Made by a program: the position numbers and the translations under genes
Notes under the pieces: generated by a model
Told to the model about the DNA's origin: nothing
Seen by the model: only the letters and a program-made list of their open reading frames with translations
Database searches by the model: none
In this document: one piece after another, positions 37,001 to 50,100 of the stretch
How positions within the stretch are numbered: the stretch's first letter is position 1
How the letters are laid out: every line of letters starts with the position of its first letter
Origin: Hypanus sabinus
Lineage: Eukaryota
Length of the DNA: 64,000 nt
NCBI RefSeq assembly: GCF_030144855.1
Contig: NC_082710.1
Span: 152,148,001-152,212,000 of the forward strand
Direction: 5' to 3'

Positions 37001-40000
37001 TGAATCAGTTCTTCACTTTTTAATACCACCACATCTTTCCTGCAGGGTGACTCTATACAGTTCAAGTGTGGACTAGTTAATGTTTTGTACAGCTACATCA
37101 TGAAACCCCAGATCTTTTATTCAATATCTCAGACTATTGATGCAAGGGTACCATATAATGTCTTCACTAGCCTCTTCACTGATGTTTCCATTTTCAGGGA
37201 GCAAAGGACTTGTACTTCAAGATCTTTCTGTATGTTAATGTTGTGTGGTGAGCATTTGCTCCATAAAGACAGATGAGGAAGCTTGTAAAATTCTACAAGC
37301 ATTTTTTGTGATAAACACAAAAACAGACCAAGCACCATGACCCAAAGAAAGAACAGCTCTGCCTCACACAGACAGGGAAGAATGAGCACCACACACCACA
37401 GTTACAGTTAAGGTGACCCACAAATACACAAATGTACAATCCAAGATAAAATGTAACAATAAATGAACTGGCGCTTCGCACCATAATTCCACAAAATCAT
37501 TTTAACACAAGAATAATGAACTGTGCTGATCATTAGAAAAGCAGGGGCGAGCTGTCGACCATCCCCACCCCCCAGCAACACAGTTGCTGAGGTTCTTAGT
37601 AATCAATATGTCCAGAAGACCATGAGACATAGAACAGAATTAAACTATTTGGCCAATTATCTGCTCTGCCATTTGATCTTTACTGATTCATTTCCTGCAC
37701 AATGCCATTATACTGAATTCTTCCTTTAACCTTTCACACCCTGACTTATGAAGAACCTATCAACCTCTGCCTTAAATATACCCAAATCACCCACACTCCA
37801 GGCCAACTCGGACAACAAATTCCACAGATTCACACCCTCTGCCTAAAGAAATTCCTGCTCATCTTCATTCTAAAATTATGTCCCTCAATTCTTTGGTTCT
37901 GACCTCAGGTCCCAGACTCCCTTCCTACAGGAAACATCCACTCCACTGAGGCATTTCATCACTCAATAGGTTTCAATAAAGTCTGCCATTAATCTTATAA
38001 TTTCCAGCAAGTACAGGGCCAGAGCCATCAAACTCTCCTCATATGATGAACCTTTCTTTCCAGGAATAATTTTCATGAACCTCCTTTGAATCTTCTCCCA
38101 TATCAGCATGTTTTCTTAGATAAGGGACACATAATTGCTCACAATGCATGAAGTGAGGCCTCACCAGTGCCTTATAAAACATCAGCATTACATCTTTGCT
38201 TTTCTATTTGAACTGGAAGTCACACTTCAGGGAATCCTGCACAAGGACCCCCAAGTCACTTTGCACATCAGATTCTTGAATTTCTTCCCCATTTAGAAAA
38301 TAGTCTACACTTGCATTCCTTCTAGCAAAGTTCAGGACCATATACTTCCTGATATTATATTCCATCTGCCTCTTCTTTGACCATTCTCCCAATATGTCCA
38401 AGTTCTTCTGCACCCTTCTTGCTTCTTCAACATGACCTATCCTGCCACCTATATTTGTATCATTCACAAACTTAGCCACAAAGTCATCAATTCCATCATT
38501 CAAATCATAGATGTGCACTGTAAAAAGAAGCAGTCCCGACACTGACCCCTGCAGAACAACAATAGTAACCAGCAGCCAATAAGAAATGCTCACTTTATTT
38601 TCCCTCTTTGCCTCCTGCAAATCAGCCAACGTTCTATTCACAGTAATATCTGCCCTGTAATACCATGGGTTATTAACTTGTTAAGTGTCTAATGTGCAGT
38701 GCCTAGTCGAAGAGCTTCTGAAAATCTAAGTACACAACATCGTCTGATTCTCCTTTGTATATTCTGCTTGTTATTTCCTCAAAGAATTGCAAAAGTTTGT
38801 CAGGCAAAGTTTTCCCATGCTGCCCTTGGCCTATTTTATCATGTGCCTGCAAGTACCATTTGGATTAAGTACACTTGCCCTGAAACATACTCCATAAAAA
38901 TTGGCTCCAACATCTTCCCAAAGAAGTCAGTCAGGATAACTGCATTAAAATGTCCTTTCTTCTGACTCCTTTGTTTTTTGAAGAGTGTAGCAACATTTGT
39001 AATATCCCACTCCTCTAAAATCTTGCCAGACTGTGATTCTTGAAAAATCATTACTAATGCATCCACGGTCTCTTCAGGTACCTCTTTCAGTACCCTAGGG
39101 TGTAGTCCATCTCGTCCAAGTGGCTTATCTTACCTTCAGACCTTTCAGCTTCCCAAGCACCTTCTTTCTAGTAAGTTGCATGCACATCTGTCCCATGCCA
39201 CTCTCAAACTTCAGGCATTATGCTTGTGTCTTCCAGTGAAGAATGATACAAAATATGTAATCCATTCATCCATCATTTCCTTGCCCCTTTGCAAACTTTA
39301 TACTGTCTTTTTCCAGCAATATGGTATCAACTTCCGCTCTCATTTGCTCTTTATATATTTGAAAAATTTTTGGTATCCTCTTTGATATTATATGCTCATT
39401 TAACATTTTATCTTTTCCCTCCTCTGGTTTTTTAGTTGTGTTCTGTTGGTTTTTAAAATTCTCCCAACCCTCTAACATCCCATTAATTTTTGCTCTATGA
39501 TGTGCTTTCTCTTTTCTTTACAGGTTTGGTTTGACTTCCCTTATCAGCCACAGTTGCATCATTTTGCCTTTAGAATACTTCCTCTTTGGGAAATATCTTT
39601 CCTGTGAATTGCATCCAGAAGGTCCAGCCATTGCTTCTCTGCCATCACACTGATAGTTCACTCATCCAAGCAACTTTGGCCACCTCTGTAATTCCCTTTA
39701 CTGTACTGCAGTACAAATACATTTGACTTTTGCTCTTTCCTTCTCAAATTGAAGGGTGAATTCTATCATATTATGATTAGAGGTTACCAAAGGTGACTTT
39801 AACTCAAGCTTCCTAATAAAATCTGGTTCATTACACAACATCCAATCCAGAACATCTAATCCCTTAGTGGGCTTAACCACAAACTGTTCTAAAAAACTAT
39901 TTCATAGGCATTCTATAAATTTTCTCTTGGAATCCAAAATCAACATAAACTTAATTTTACAAATCCACCTATGACTAACATTCCCCAGGACTACTACAGC

Positions 40001-43000
40001 ATTAGCCTTTAGATATTCTTCATCTATCTCCTGTTGCAATTTGCAACCTACATCCTGGCTACTGTTGAGGAATCTCTCATCAGGGTTTTCTTACCCTTGA
40101 AGTTTTTTTACCCCCAAGGATTCTATATCTTCTGATCTGATGTCACCTCTAATGATTCAATTTCATTTTTTTTTAAATCAACAGAGGCACGTCATCCACT
40201 CTGCCTGCCTGTGTGTCCCATCAATACAATGTGTATCCTTGGATGTCACTTCCAAAGAAATTATTCATGCAGCCACAATTCAGTGATGCCCACAATGTTA
40301 TACCAGACAATTTCTAATTGTGCTACAAGATCATTTACCTTAATCCATATACTGTGTGCATTCAAATATAACACCTTCAATCCTGTATTCATCAGCCTTT
40401 CACAGTTTGGTCTCCATTACACAGTAACTCATCTCTCTAACTGCAACTTTGCCCTATCATTTGCCTGTCTTTCCTGACAGTCTCACTACAAAGTGACTCA
40501 CCTAGTAAATCAACTGCCCTATCCTCAGCCCTATGACTCCCACCCCCCCCCCCCCCCACCCACCACCATGATTGTTTAAAATCTCCCCAACAGTTCCAGA
40601 AGATCTGCCCATAAGATAATGGTCTCCCTCAGGTTCAGTTATAACTCATGGCTTTTGTATAGGTTATACATTCCACAGTAGAGATCCTAATGATCCAGTA
40701 ATCTGAAACACCGCCCATGCACTAGTTCCTCAGCCATGTGCCATCTGCCAGATCATCCTATCTTGCCCTCACTAGCGTGTGGCACAGGCAGTCATCCAGA
40801 GATTACTATCACTGAGGTACTGTTTAATGTTTCTACCCGTGGCCCTATATTCTTTCTTAAAAACCTGCTCCTTTTGCTGCCCATGTCTTTGATGCCAATA
40901 TGTACCAAAATATCTGACTGATCACCCTCCTCGTTCAGAATGCCATGGACCCAATTTAATACATCCCTGATCTTGGCACATGAGAGGCAACATGCCACCT
41001 AGGTGTCTCTGTTGTTTCCACAGCATCTTGGATCTACTGCTATGACTATGGAATCCCTTATCACTACTGCAGTTTTCCTCTTCCCAATTCCCTTCTGAGC
41101 CACAGTGCAAGATTCAGCACTGAAGACCGGGACACTGCAACTTCCCACTGGTATGTCATGCCCCCTCCCAACAAAGCCCAAAGTTGCTTACCTATCATTA
41201 AGGGAAACAGTCACAGGAGTACTCTGCATTGGCTGCATATTTCTTTGCCACTTTCAACGCAAGGGTGACTACCTCCCTTCAGATCCTATTTATCACCTCA
41301 TTTCCCCATATGACCTGACGGTAATCAAGCTGCAGCTCCGGTTTCATAACATATTCTCTGAGAAGCAACAGCTCAGTGTACCTGGTGCAGTAATGGTTGT
41401 CCAGGAGACTGGATGCCTCTCAGCATTCCCACATCTCATTCAAAGAACATAACACAACCTCTGAGGTTATTCTCACTGCTCCAACTATACACCCTCACTG
41501 AAGAATGATGAAGAATCTTAGCAGATGTGTACCTCACTAAGCCTGCCCTCACATAAGTCCAATGAGCCAAAACCTCCCTACTCTAACACTAGCAACACAC
41601 ACAAAATGCTGGTGGAACACAGCAGGCCAGGAAGCATCTATAGGAAGTATAGTTGAAGTTTCTGGCCGAGACCCTTCTTCAGGACTAACTGAAAGAAAAG
41701 ATAGTAAGAGATTTGAAAGGGTCGTAATATCTTTTCTTTCAGTAATCCTGACAAAGGATCTTGGTCCGAAATGTTGACTGTACTTCTTCCTACAGATGCT
41801 GCCAGACCTGCTCTGTTCCACCAGCATTTTGTGTGTGTTGCTTGAATTTCCAGCATCTGCAGATTTCCTTGTGTTTGCACTCTAACACTACTCCACTTCA
41901 CTTGAACCCCACCTTCCATTTAGTTGCCCTTGCTAGTGATTGGGGTAAAATAATTTGACTTTCAAAGTACTTCATCACAGCAGATGTGAGTGTTACTGTG
42001 TGATAGTTATTAAGGGAACTCACTCTGCTCCTCTTGGGCACAGGTATGATTGTTGAAGTTTTGAAGCAGATGGGAACTTCTGACTGCAGCAGTGAGAAAT
42101 TAAAAATATCCTTGAACATCCTCACCAGTTGGTTGGCACAGGTTCTTAGTGCCCTAACAAGCATACCACCAGGACATTACACCTTTTGAAAGATGTTCTG
42201 ATGTTGGCCTCCAAGACACAGACCACATGCTCAATAGATTCTACAGGGATTCAGAGAGGTGTAATTTTGTAATCCCTTTCAAAATTTTATACTTCCTTTA
42301 AAAGCTATTCATGATGTTAGGTCTTACCTTGTAGGAAGTCTCATTTACTACCCATTTAATTCTGAAACAGAGTCATGGAAGCAGGCCTTTCTGCTCACTG
42401 TGTCCATGGCAACCATGAAGAACCCAGTTTTACACTAATCCAAACTTAACCCATTTTTATTTTCCCTACAATCCAACATCTCCCTCCAGATTCTTCCAAA
42501 TACATCATAACCAGTCAATTTACTGTGAGTGACTTACATGTACCTTGGAAGTAACATAGAGCATATTGAGGAAAAACTTTTAAGTTTCAAATAGACTGCC
42601 TGGTGGTCAATTGCATTAAACTAGCCTGCTGGAACAATAAAGAAGCAATTATGCTGGATGTGCCTCTGTTAATGCTTAGTGTAAATTATTCCAGCATCAT
42701 TTTATCTCCCTTACCCTGCAGAACCTTGTTACCAATAAGGCTAAGAATGAAGACTATAATTGGGCCACTCAGCCCATCAAGTTTGCTCCATATTCAATTA
42801 TATGAACATTTTCTTTCTTTCTGCTAGCCATGCCCACTGTAACCCTTACAGATCAAGAAATTATTAATCTCTGCCTTGAATATACCAACCACTTAACATC
42901 AGCTACTCTTTGAGACAATGAATTCCACAGATTTATCAATCTGGCTGAAGTAATTCCTCTTCATCTCAGTTTCCAATGTCTTTTATTTATTCTAAGTCTG

Positions 43001-44129
43001 TCCACTCAGATCATAGATTCTCTTACCAATAGCCAAATTTTCTCCCGTTGTACCCTATCCAGACCTTGCAGTATTTAGTGGCTTTCAGTCAGGACCCCAC
43101 CCCCAACTCATCCTTCTGAACTGCATCGAGTAAAGACTCAGAGATGTCAAGCATTCATCATATGTTAATGTTTTTTTTTTCCTGGGATAAATCTTGTGAA
43201 CTTCCTTTGGATCCTCTCCGGTCTAACATATTTTTCATTAGATACATGGCCAACAATGACTCATAATATTCCAAATATAGTTAGTAATTCTGTTAAATTT
43301 ACTCCTTTTCTACTTAAAAAGTCAGTACAATCAGATTATAGGTTTAAAATCACTAATGTCATGGTGGTCCTTCCTGTGTTGATCCAAGTATTCAACCAAA
43401 CTATCAGTTCTGATTTACTGATTCTCCAGAATTTATATTCTTTGTTCAGATCTAGAAAGGAGAAACACATCCCTATCTCCACCTCTAATCCTTCCTTTAA
43501 GTTACTTCTTAAAATATTGATTTGGTTACATGTCATAATATTGCATTTAATATGAGGGAACAGACACCAAACTTCATTGGTTGTTCAGAAATAGGGGGAG
43601 CAGCTTCAAATTCCTGGCTTCAATATCTCTGAAGATCTATCCTGGGCCCCAGCATATTGATGCAATTGCAAGGAAAGTACATTAGGAGCTTGAGGAGAAT
43701 AGGTAAGGCACAAAAGACACTTGCAGATTTCCACAGGTGCACCATGGAGAGCATTCTAACTGGATGCATCACCATCTAGTATGGAGGCACCATAATACAG
43801 GATTAGAAAAAGCCGTATAAAGTTATAAACTCCACCATCTCCATCATGGGCACTAAACTCCCCAGTAACAAGGACACCTTCAAAAGGTGATATCTCAAAA
43901 AGGTGGCATCTGTCATTAAGGACCCACATCACCCAGGACATGACCTCTTCTCAATGTGACATCAGAGAGATGGTACAGGAGCCTAACAACATGGACTCAA
44001 CATTCCAGGCACAGTTTCTCACCCTCCACTGTCAGATTTCTGAATAGTTGGTGAACCCATGAACATTTCTTCAGTAATTTCCCTCTTTTTTGCACTGCTT
44101 AAATTACTTGTACTTTTTGAAATTTATAG

Positions 44130-44162
<33 letters not shown>

Positions 44163-47100
44163 GTATTGCAATGTTCTTCTGCCACAAAACAACAAATTTC
44201 AAAACAAATGTTTGATATTTTAAACCTGATTCTGATTTCTTTCATGACAGGAAGTAAAATTGAGTTTGGTAACATTCTCAAAAGCTCTTTAACTTAACTT
44301 CATTAACAATGATTCCAATAACTATGTTGCTGTTTACTTCCCCCAAATTAGTTTGTCAAGGAGAATATAAGTGTTTCATATGTAGCTGTCACTTCTGGCA
44401 TCAATACTGATGTTTATTGCCAAGTTTATTGAACTTATCCTGTAGTTTGGGTTTATAATGTAGAGTATTCATTCCACAAACACAACATGATCAGGATGAT
44501 ATCATTTCACTCTGTTCTTGTTTACTACTCTATAAGATCATAGCCAACCTTTGCAACACTTTTATATCTAATCCAAATCTCCATCTTTTTCTAAAGCTGT
44601 ATCTATCTATCATTGTATTGATTAATTGAATGATAAGAGCTCCCCTCAAATTCCTGGGAGAACACATCCCTCACAAATTTTCATGGTCCCAGAATGCATC
44701 CTGCACAGTCAAGACAGCTCACCAATGCCTCAAATTTCTGAGTAGGCTGAATAGAGATAGACCTTGCACAGACATGCTCATCATTCTACAGATATACAAT
44801 AGAGAACATCTTAACAGGCTGCATCACTGCATGGTATGGAAACTGAACTGCACCAAACAGAAAGGAAATGCAATCTGCAACCAATACTTCCAAATGAATC
44901 ACTGGCACCAGCCTACTCAACATCAGAGAAGTGTATGCTGAAAAGTGCCAGAAAGTGGCCAGTAACAACATACAAGATCCCACAAATGCTGTTCATGGAT
45001 TGTTCATCATATTCATATCAGGAGTGATTTTTGGGTTTTATCAGATTGAGAGTAGTAATTATTTCATTCTCCTTATACTTGTGTACAGGAAATAACATAA
45101 AACAATATTGAATCTTGTATCTTGCATCAGTTAGGGATTGGCAAGTATGACATTGTGGGCATCACTGTGTCTTAGCTGACAGATTATTACATTTAGGAGC
45201 TCAATATCCAAGTATACATTTGTACTGAAAGAACAGGCAGTTAAGCATGAGGGGATGGGTTTGCTCGGTTTAGTAAGAAATTAAATCAAATCCTTAGAAA
45301 GAGGTAACAGAGGATCAGAAAATGCAGAACACTTCTGGTGAAAGTTAAGTAACTTCAAGGATGAAAGAGCATGATGGGAATTATATACAGACCTCAATGT
45401 TGACTAGGATGTGGAATATAAATTACAATGCAAGAAAGAGAAGGCATGTAATAAGGGCAATGTTATGATCATCATGGGTGATTTCAACATGCAGACAGAT
45501 TGAGAAATTTAGGTTGCTACTGGATCCCAAGAGAGGGAATTTGTAGAATACCAAGAAGACGACTTTTTAGCTTGTTTTGACCCACTAGGGGAAATGCAAT
45601 TTTGGATTGTGTGTTGTGTAATTAGCCAGATTTGATTAGGGAGTTTAAGTTAAAGGAACCCAATGGATTAGTGATCATAATATTATAGAATTCACCCTGC
45701 AGTTTGAGAGGGAGAAAATTGAGTCAGATATATCAGTATTACAGTAGAAAAAAGGGAATTCCAGAAAGGAATTGAGAGAGAAGTGGGTTAAAGTTGATTG
45801 CTTATGAAAAACTTGCAGTGACGATGGCAGAACAGCAATAACTGGAGTTTCTGGGGACAAGACACAGGATAGTTACAAACCAAAGATGAACAATAAATAT
45901 TCTAAAGGGGGATGAGGCTCATAACAGAAGACCAAGAGAGGGCATATAAATATAGGAAAACTTACTAGGAAGTGGGAAGGTTGGAAAACATAAAAAACTG
46001 AAGTCAGTTAAAAGGCCATAAAGAGAAAAAGATGGAATATGAATGTAAGCTAGCCAATAACATGAAAGCTACCAAACATTTTTTTCAGTTATATAAAGAG
46101 TAAAAGGGAGGTGAGTGAACAGTAATAGGAAACAATGAAATAGTGAATGAAAATAATGAGTATTTTGCATCAGGTTCACTGTGGAATACACCAATGGTAC
46201 ATCATAAAATCAAATGCCGGAAACAGAAGTGACTTATAGTTCCTATTAATAAGGAGATGCAGATGCTGCTAAGGAAGCTGAAAGGTATGAAAGTGGATAG
46301 GTCACCAGATGGAGTATATCACAGGGTTCAGAAAGTGATAAATGAAGAGATTGTGGAGATATTACTAATGATCTTTCAAGAATCACTAGATTCTGGAATG
46401 GTTCCTGAGGACTTGAAAATTGCAACTGTCACTCCACTTTCAGGAGGGAGGGAGCAGTAGAAAGGAATTAAAAGCTCAGTTAGCCTGACCTCAGTGGTTA
46501 AAAAGAATTTGGACTCTATTATCAAGGATGATGTTTCACGATACTGGAAGGCACATGATAAAATAGGCCAAAGTCATCATGGTTTTTTTTTAAAGGGAAC
46601 GTTTTATGAGGAAAACCCCAAGCAAGATAGATAAAGAAGAGTCAGTGGATGTTGTCAACTTGGATTTTCCAAAGGCCTTTGCCAAGGTGCCACACACGAG
46701 GTTGCTTAACAAGAGTCCATGGTATTACATGAAAGGTATTAGCATGTATAGAAAAGTGGCTGGCTGGCAGGAGGCAAAAAGTGTAAATAAATGGTTCCTA
46801 TTTAGGTTAGCTGCCAGTGACTAGTGCGTATTGTGACTGATTATTTTCATGTATTATCTGAATGATTTGGTCGATGCAATTGACAGCTTTGTGGCTAAAT
46901 TTGTAGGCAGCATAGAGATAAATAAGGGGGAATGTAGTGTTGTTGAAGCAAGGAGTCTGCAGAAGGACTTTGACAGATTAGGAGAATGGGCAAAGAAATG
47001 GAAGATGGAATACAGCAAAGTGTTGTTTCCAATGAAGCAACAGACATTGAGGGAAGATCTGATAGATGTTTATACAACTATGGGAGGCACAGACAGAGAG

Positions 47101-50100
47101 GGAAGCTAATAAACGTTTTCCAGGGTCATGCTTTCTAATATTGCCACCAAATACCACACAATAAACCATCTCTCTATATTCTAGACCACTCAAAATGAAT
47201 GCCAACATCGCATTTGTCTTCCCTACAACTGATGAAACTTTTAGGGAATTCAGCACAGGAACTTCCAAATCATCTTGTACTTCTGATTTATAAATTTTCT
47301 AGCCATTTAGAAACTAGCCTATGCCTTTATTCCTTCCACCAAAGTCTACCCCTCCCCCAAGATTCACCTATCGCCCAACATTCCTCATTCCCCACACCAT
47401 TCAAATCTACTCCTCAGCTTTTGTTTCCCCTCCAGTGCTGCCAAAGGGTTTCAGCCTGAAACTTTGACTTCACTTTTTTTCTGATAGATGCTGCTTGGCC
47501 TGCTGAGTTCCTCCATTATTTTGGGTGTGTTGCTCAGATTTCAAGCATCTGCAGACATTCTCTTGTAAATAATTGAGTGTATTTGAAGTTCAGTTTGATA
47601 GGTTCTTGATTAGTCAGAGCATCAAACTTTAAGGGAAGTTGGAGGAGAATGTGGTTGAGAGGGATAACAAATTGGTATGGTGGAACATCAGTGTCTGAGT
47701 GGCCTCCTTCTGCTCCTATGTCTTATGGTCTTTTTAACTTCTGTTGCTTTTTGTTGTTTCCAAAGAAGGAACAGAAACTAAGGGAAGATCTGGTAGATGT
47801 TTCTATACTAATGAGAGGTACAGACAGAGAGAGCAGTTGATATCCTTTTCCCAGGGTCATGCTGTTTAATATTGACCCCCTTCCCCCCCCCACACACACA
47901 CACAATAGACCCTCTCTCATGCATCTCCTTTAAAATTATCTCTGCTCATACAGCTAACAGCTAAGTTGAAATGAAAGTTGTGTGGGGTGCAGGATTTTAT
48001 TTTTAAAAGAGAATGGAGGGTGCCTGGAATTTGCTGCCAGGATAACATTTGGTGGAGAAATTATAGAAATATTTAAAACTCTATTGGATGGGCACATTAA
48101 TTACATAGAATTACAGCGGAGTCCATGGAAGCAGAGTCCTGGGCTTTGGATAAGTGGGCTTCGGCGTAAGGGGACTTCGGTAAGCTTGTGTGATTGCTCG
48201 CTGAGGGGAAGAAGGTAAGGTCGCTAGGTGCTTTTTAGACTTATTCTATTAATCCAGTTCAGGTATGGGGGAGACAGTCAGAGCAGTGGTGTGCTCCGTA
48301 TGCAGTATGTGGGAGGTCAGGGTCAACACAGTTGTCCCTGATGACCACACCTGCAAAAGGTGCGTCCAGCTGCAGCTCCTATCAGCCCGAGTTAGGGAGT
48401 TGGAGCAGGAGCTGGATGAACTACGGATCATTCGGGAGGTGGAGGCAGAGATAGATAGGAGTTATCAGGAGGTTGTCACACCAAAAAACCAAGAAGTAGG
48501 CAGATGGGTGATGGTCCAGAGAGGCAGGGGGAGCATGCAGAGAGAACAATGCACCCCTGCGGCCATTCCAATTAACAATAAGTATACCGTACTGGATACT
48601 GTTGATAGGGATGACCTACCAGGAATGAGTTGTAGTGGTCCTGCCTCTGGCACAGAGATTGAACCCTCAACTAGAAAGGGGAGGAGGGATGAGAAGAGAG
48701 CGATAGTTTTAGGGGACTCTATAATTAGGGGGGCAGATAGGAGATTTTGTGGGGCAGATTGGGAGTCTCGGATGGTATGTTGCCTCCCTGGTGCCAGGGT
48801 CTGGGACATCTCAGATCGGGTGCAGGCTATTCTTGAGAGTGAGGGCATGAACCCAGATGTAGTGGTCCATGTAGGGACCAATGATGTAGGTAAGGTGAGT
48901 GAGGGGGTCCTGCTTAGAGAGTTCACAGAGTTAGGAGTGAAGCTGAAAGGGAGGACCTCCAGGGTGACAATCTCGAGATTGCTACCTGTGCCACATGCGA
49001 GTGAGGTGAAGAATAGAATGATTATGCACATTAATAAGAGGCTGAGAGCATGGTGCAGGAAGGAAGGGTTCAGGTTTTTGGATAATTGGTCTTTGTTCCA
49101 GGGACATTGGGATCTGTTTCGAAGGGATGGTCTACATCTGAACCGGAGGGGTACTAACACTCTTGCAGGAGTATTTGCCAGTGCTGCTCGGGGGGGGTTT
49201 AAACTAGATGTGCAGGGGGCAGGGATCCAGATCCAGAGGGTTGTTCAGAAGGTGCATGGGGTTAAATGTGTACAAGGTTTGGGTGATCTTGAGAAGGTCA
49301 TCAAAATTCAGGGTGCAATTTGCCCGATGGAAGTTCAAGGAGCTGGGTTAGGTACAGTAGACAGTGTTTTAAGCAAAGAGAGGAGGAATGGGCTAAGAAT
49401 TCTATACTTGAATGCACGTAGTGTCAGAAATAAGAAAGATGAGCTTGAAGCTCAGATGAAAATGGGGAACTACGATATTGTTGGGATAATGGAGACATGG
49501 CTGCAAGGGGATCAGGCCTGGGAATTGAGTGTACCAGGGTATATGTGCTATCGTAGAGACAGAAATATGGGAAGAGGGGGTGGGGTGGCCCTGTTGGTGA
49601 GAAATGAGATTCAGGCCTTAGCAAGAGGTGACTTGGGAACAGGGGAAGTAGAGTCTGTGTGGATTGAGCTGAGGAACAGTAAGGGTAAAAAGACCCTAAT
49701 GGGTGTTGTGTACAGTCCCCCAAACAGTAGCGTGGATATTGGGTACAAGTTGATTAGGGAGTTCACATTGGCATGTGCTAAAGGTAATGCAGTCGTTATG
49801 GGAGAATTCAACATGCAGGTGGACTGGGAGAATCAGGTAGGAACTGGACCCCAGGATAGGGAGTTTGTGGAGTGTCTAAGGGATGTATTTTTGGAACAGC
49901 TTGTGCTTGAGCCAACCAGGAACGAGGCTATTTTGGACTTGGTGATGTGTAATGAACAGGAATTTATAAGTGATCTTGAAGTAAAGGAGCCATTAGGAAG
50001 TAGTGATCATAACATGATAAGTTTTTATCTACAATTTGAGAGGGATAGGGGCAGATCAGAGGTGTCAGTGTTGCAATTAAATGAAGGAGACTATGGAGCC

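Noticed and set aside
42305-42375. Possible 34-nt minus-strand micro-exon (cag...AAG/gtaaga)
   Set aside because: It would break the frame of the leader-alpha1 junction and has no homology; such sites are common by chance.
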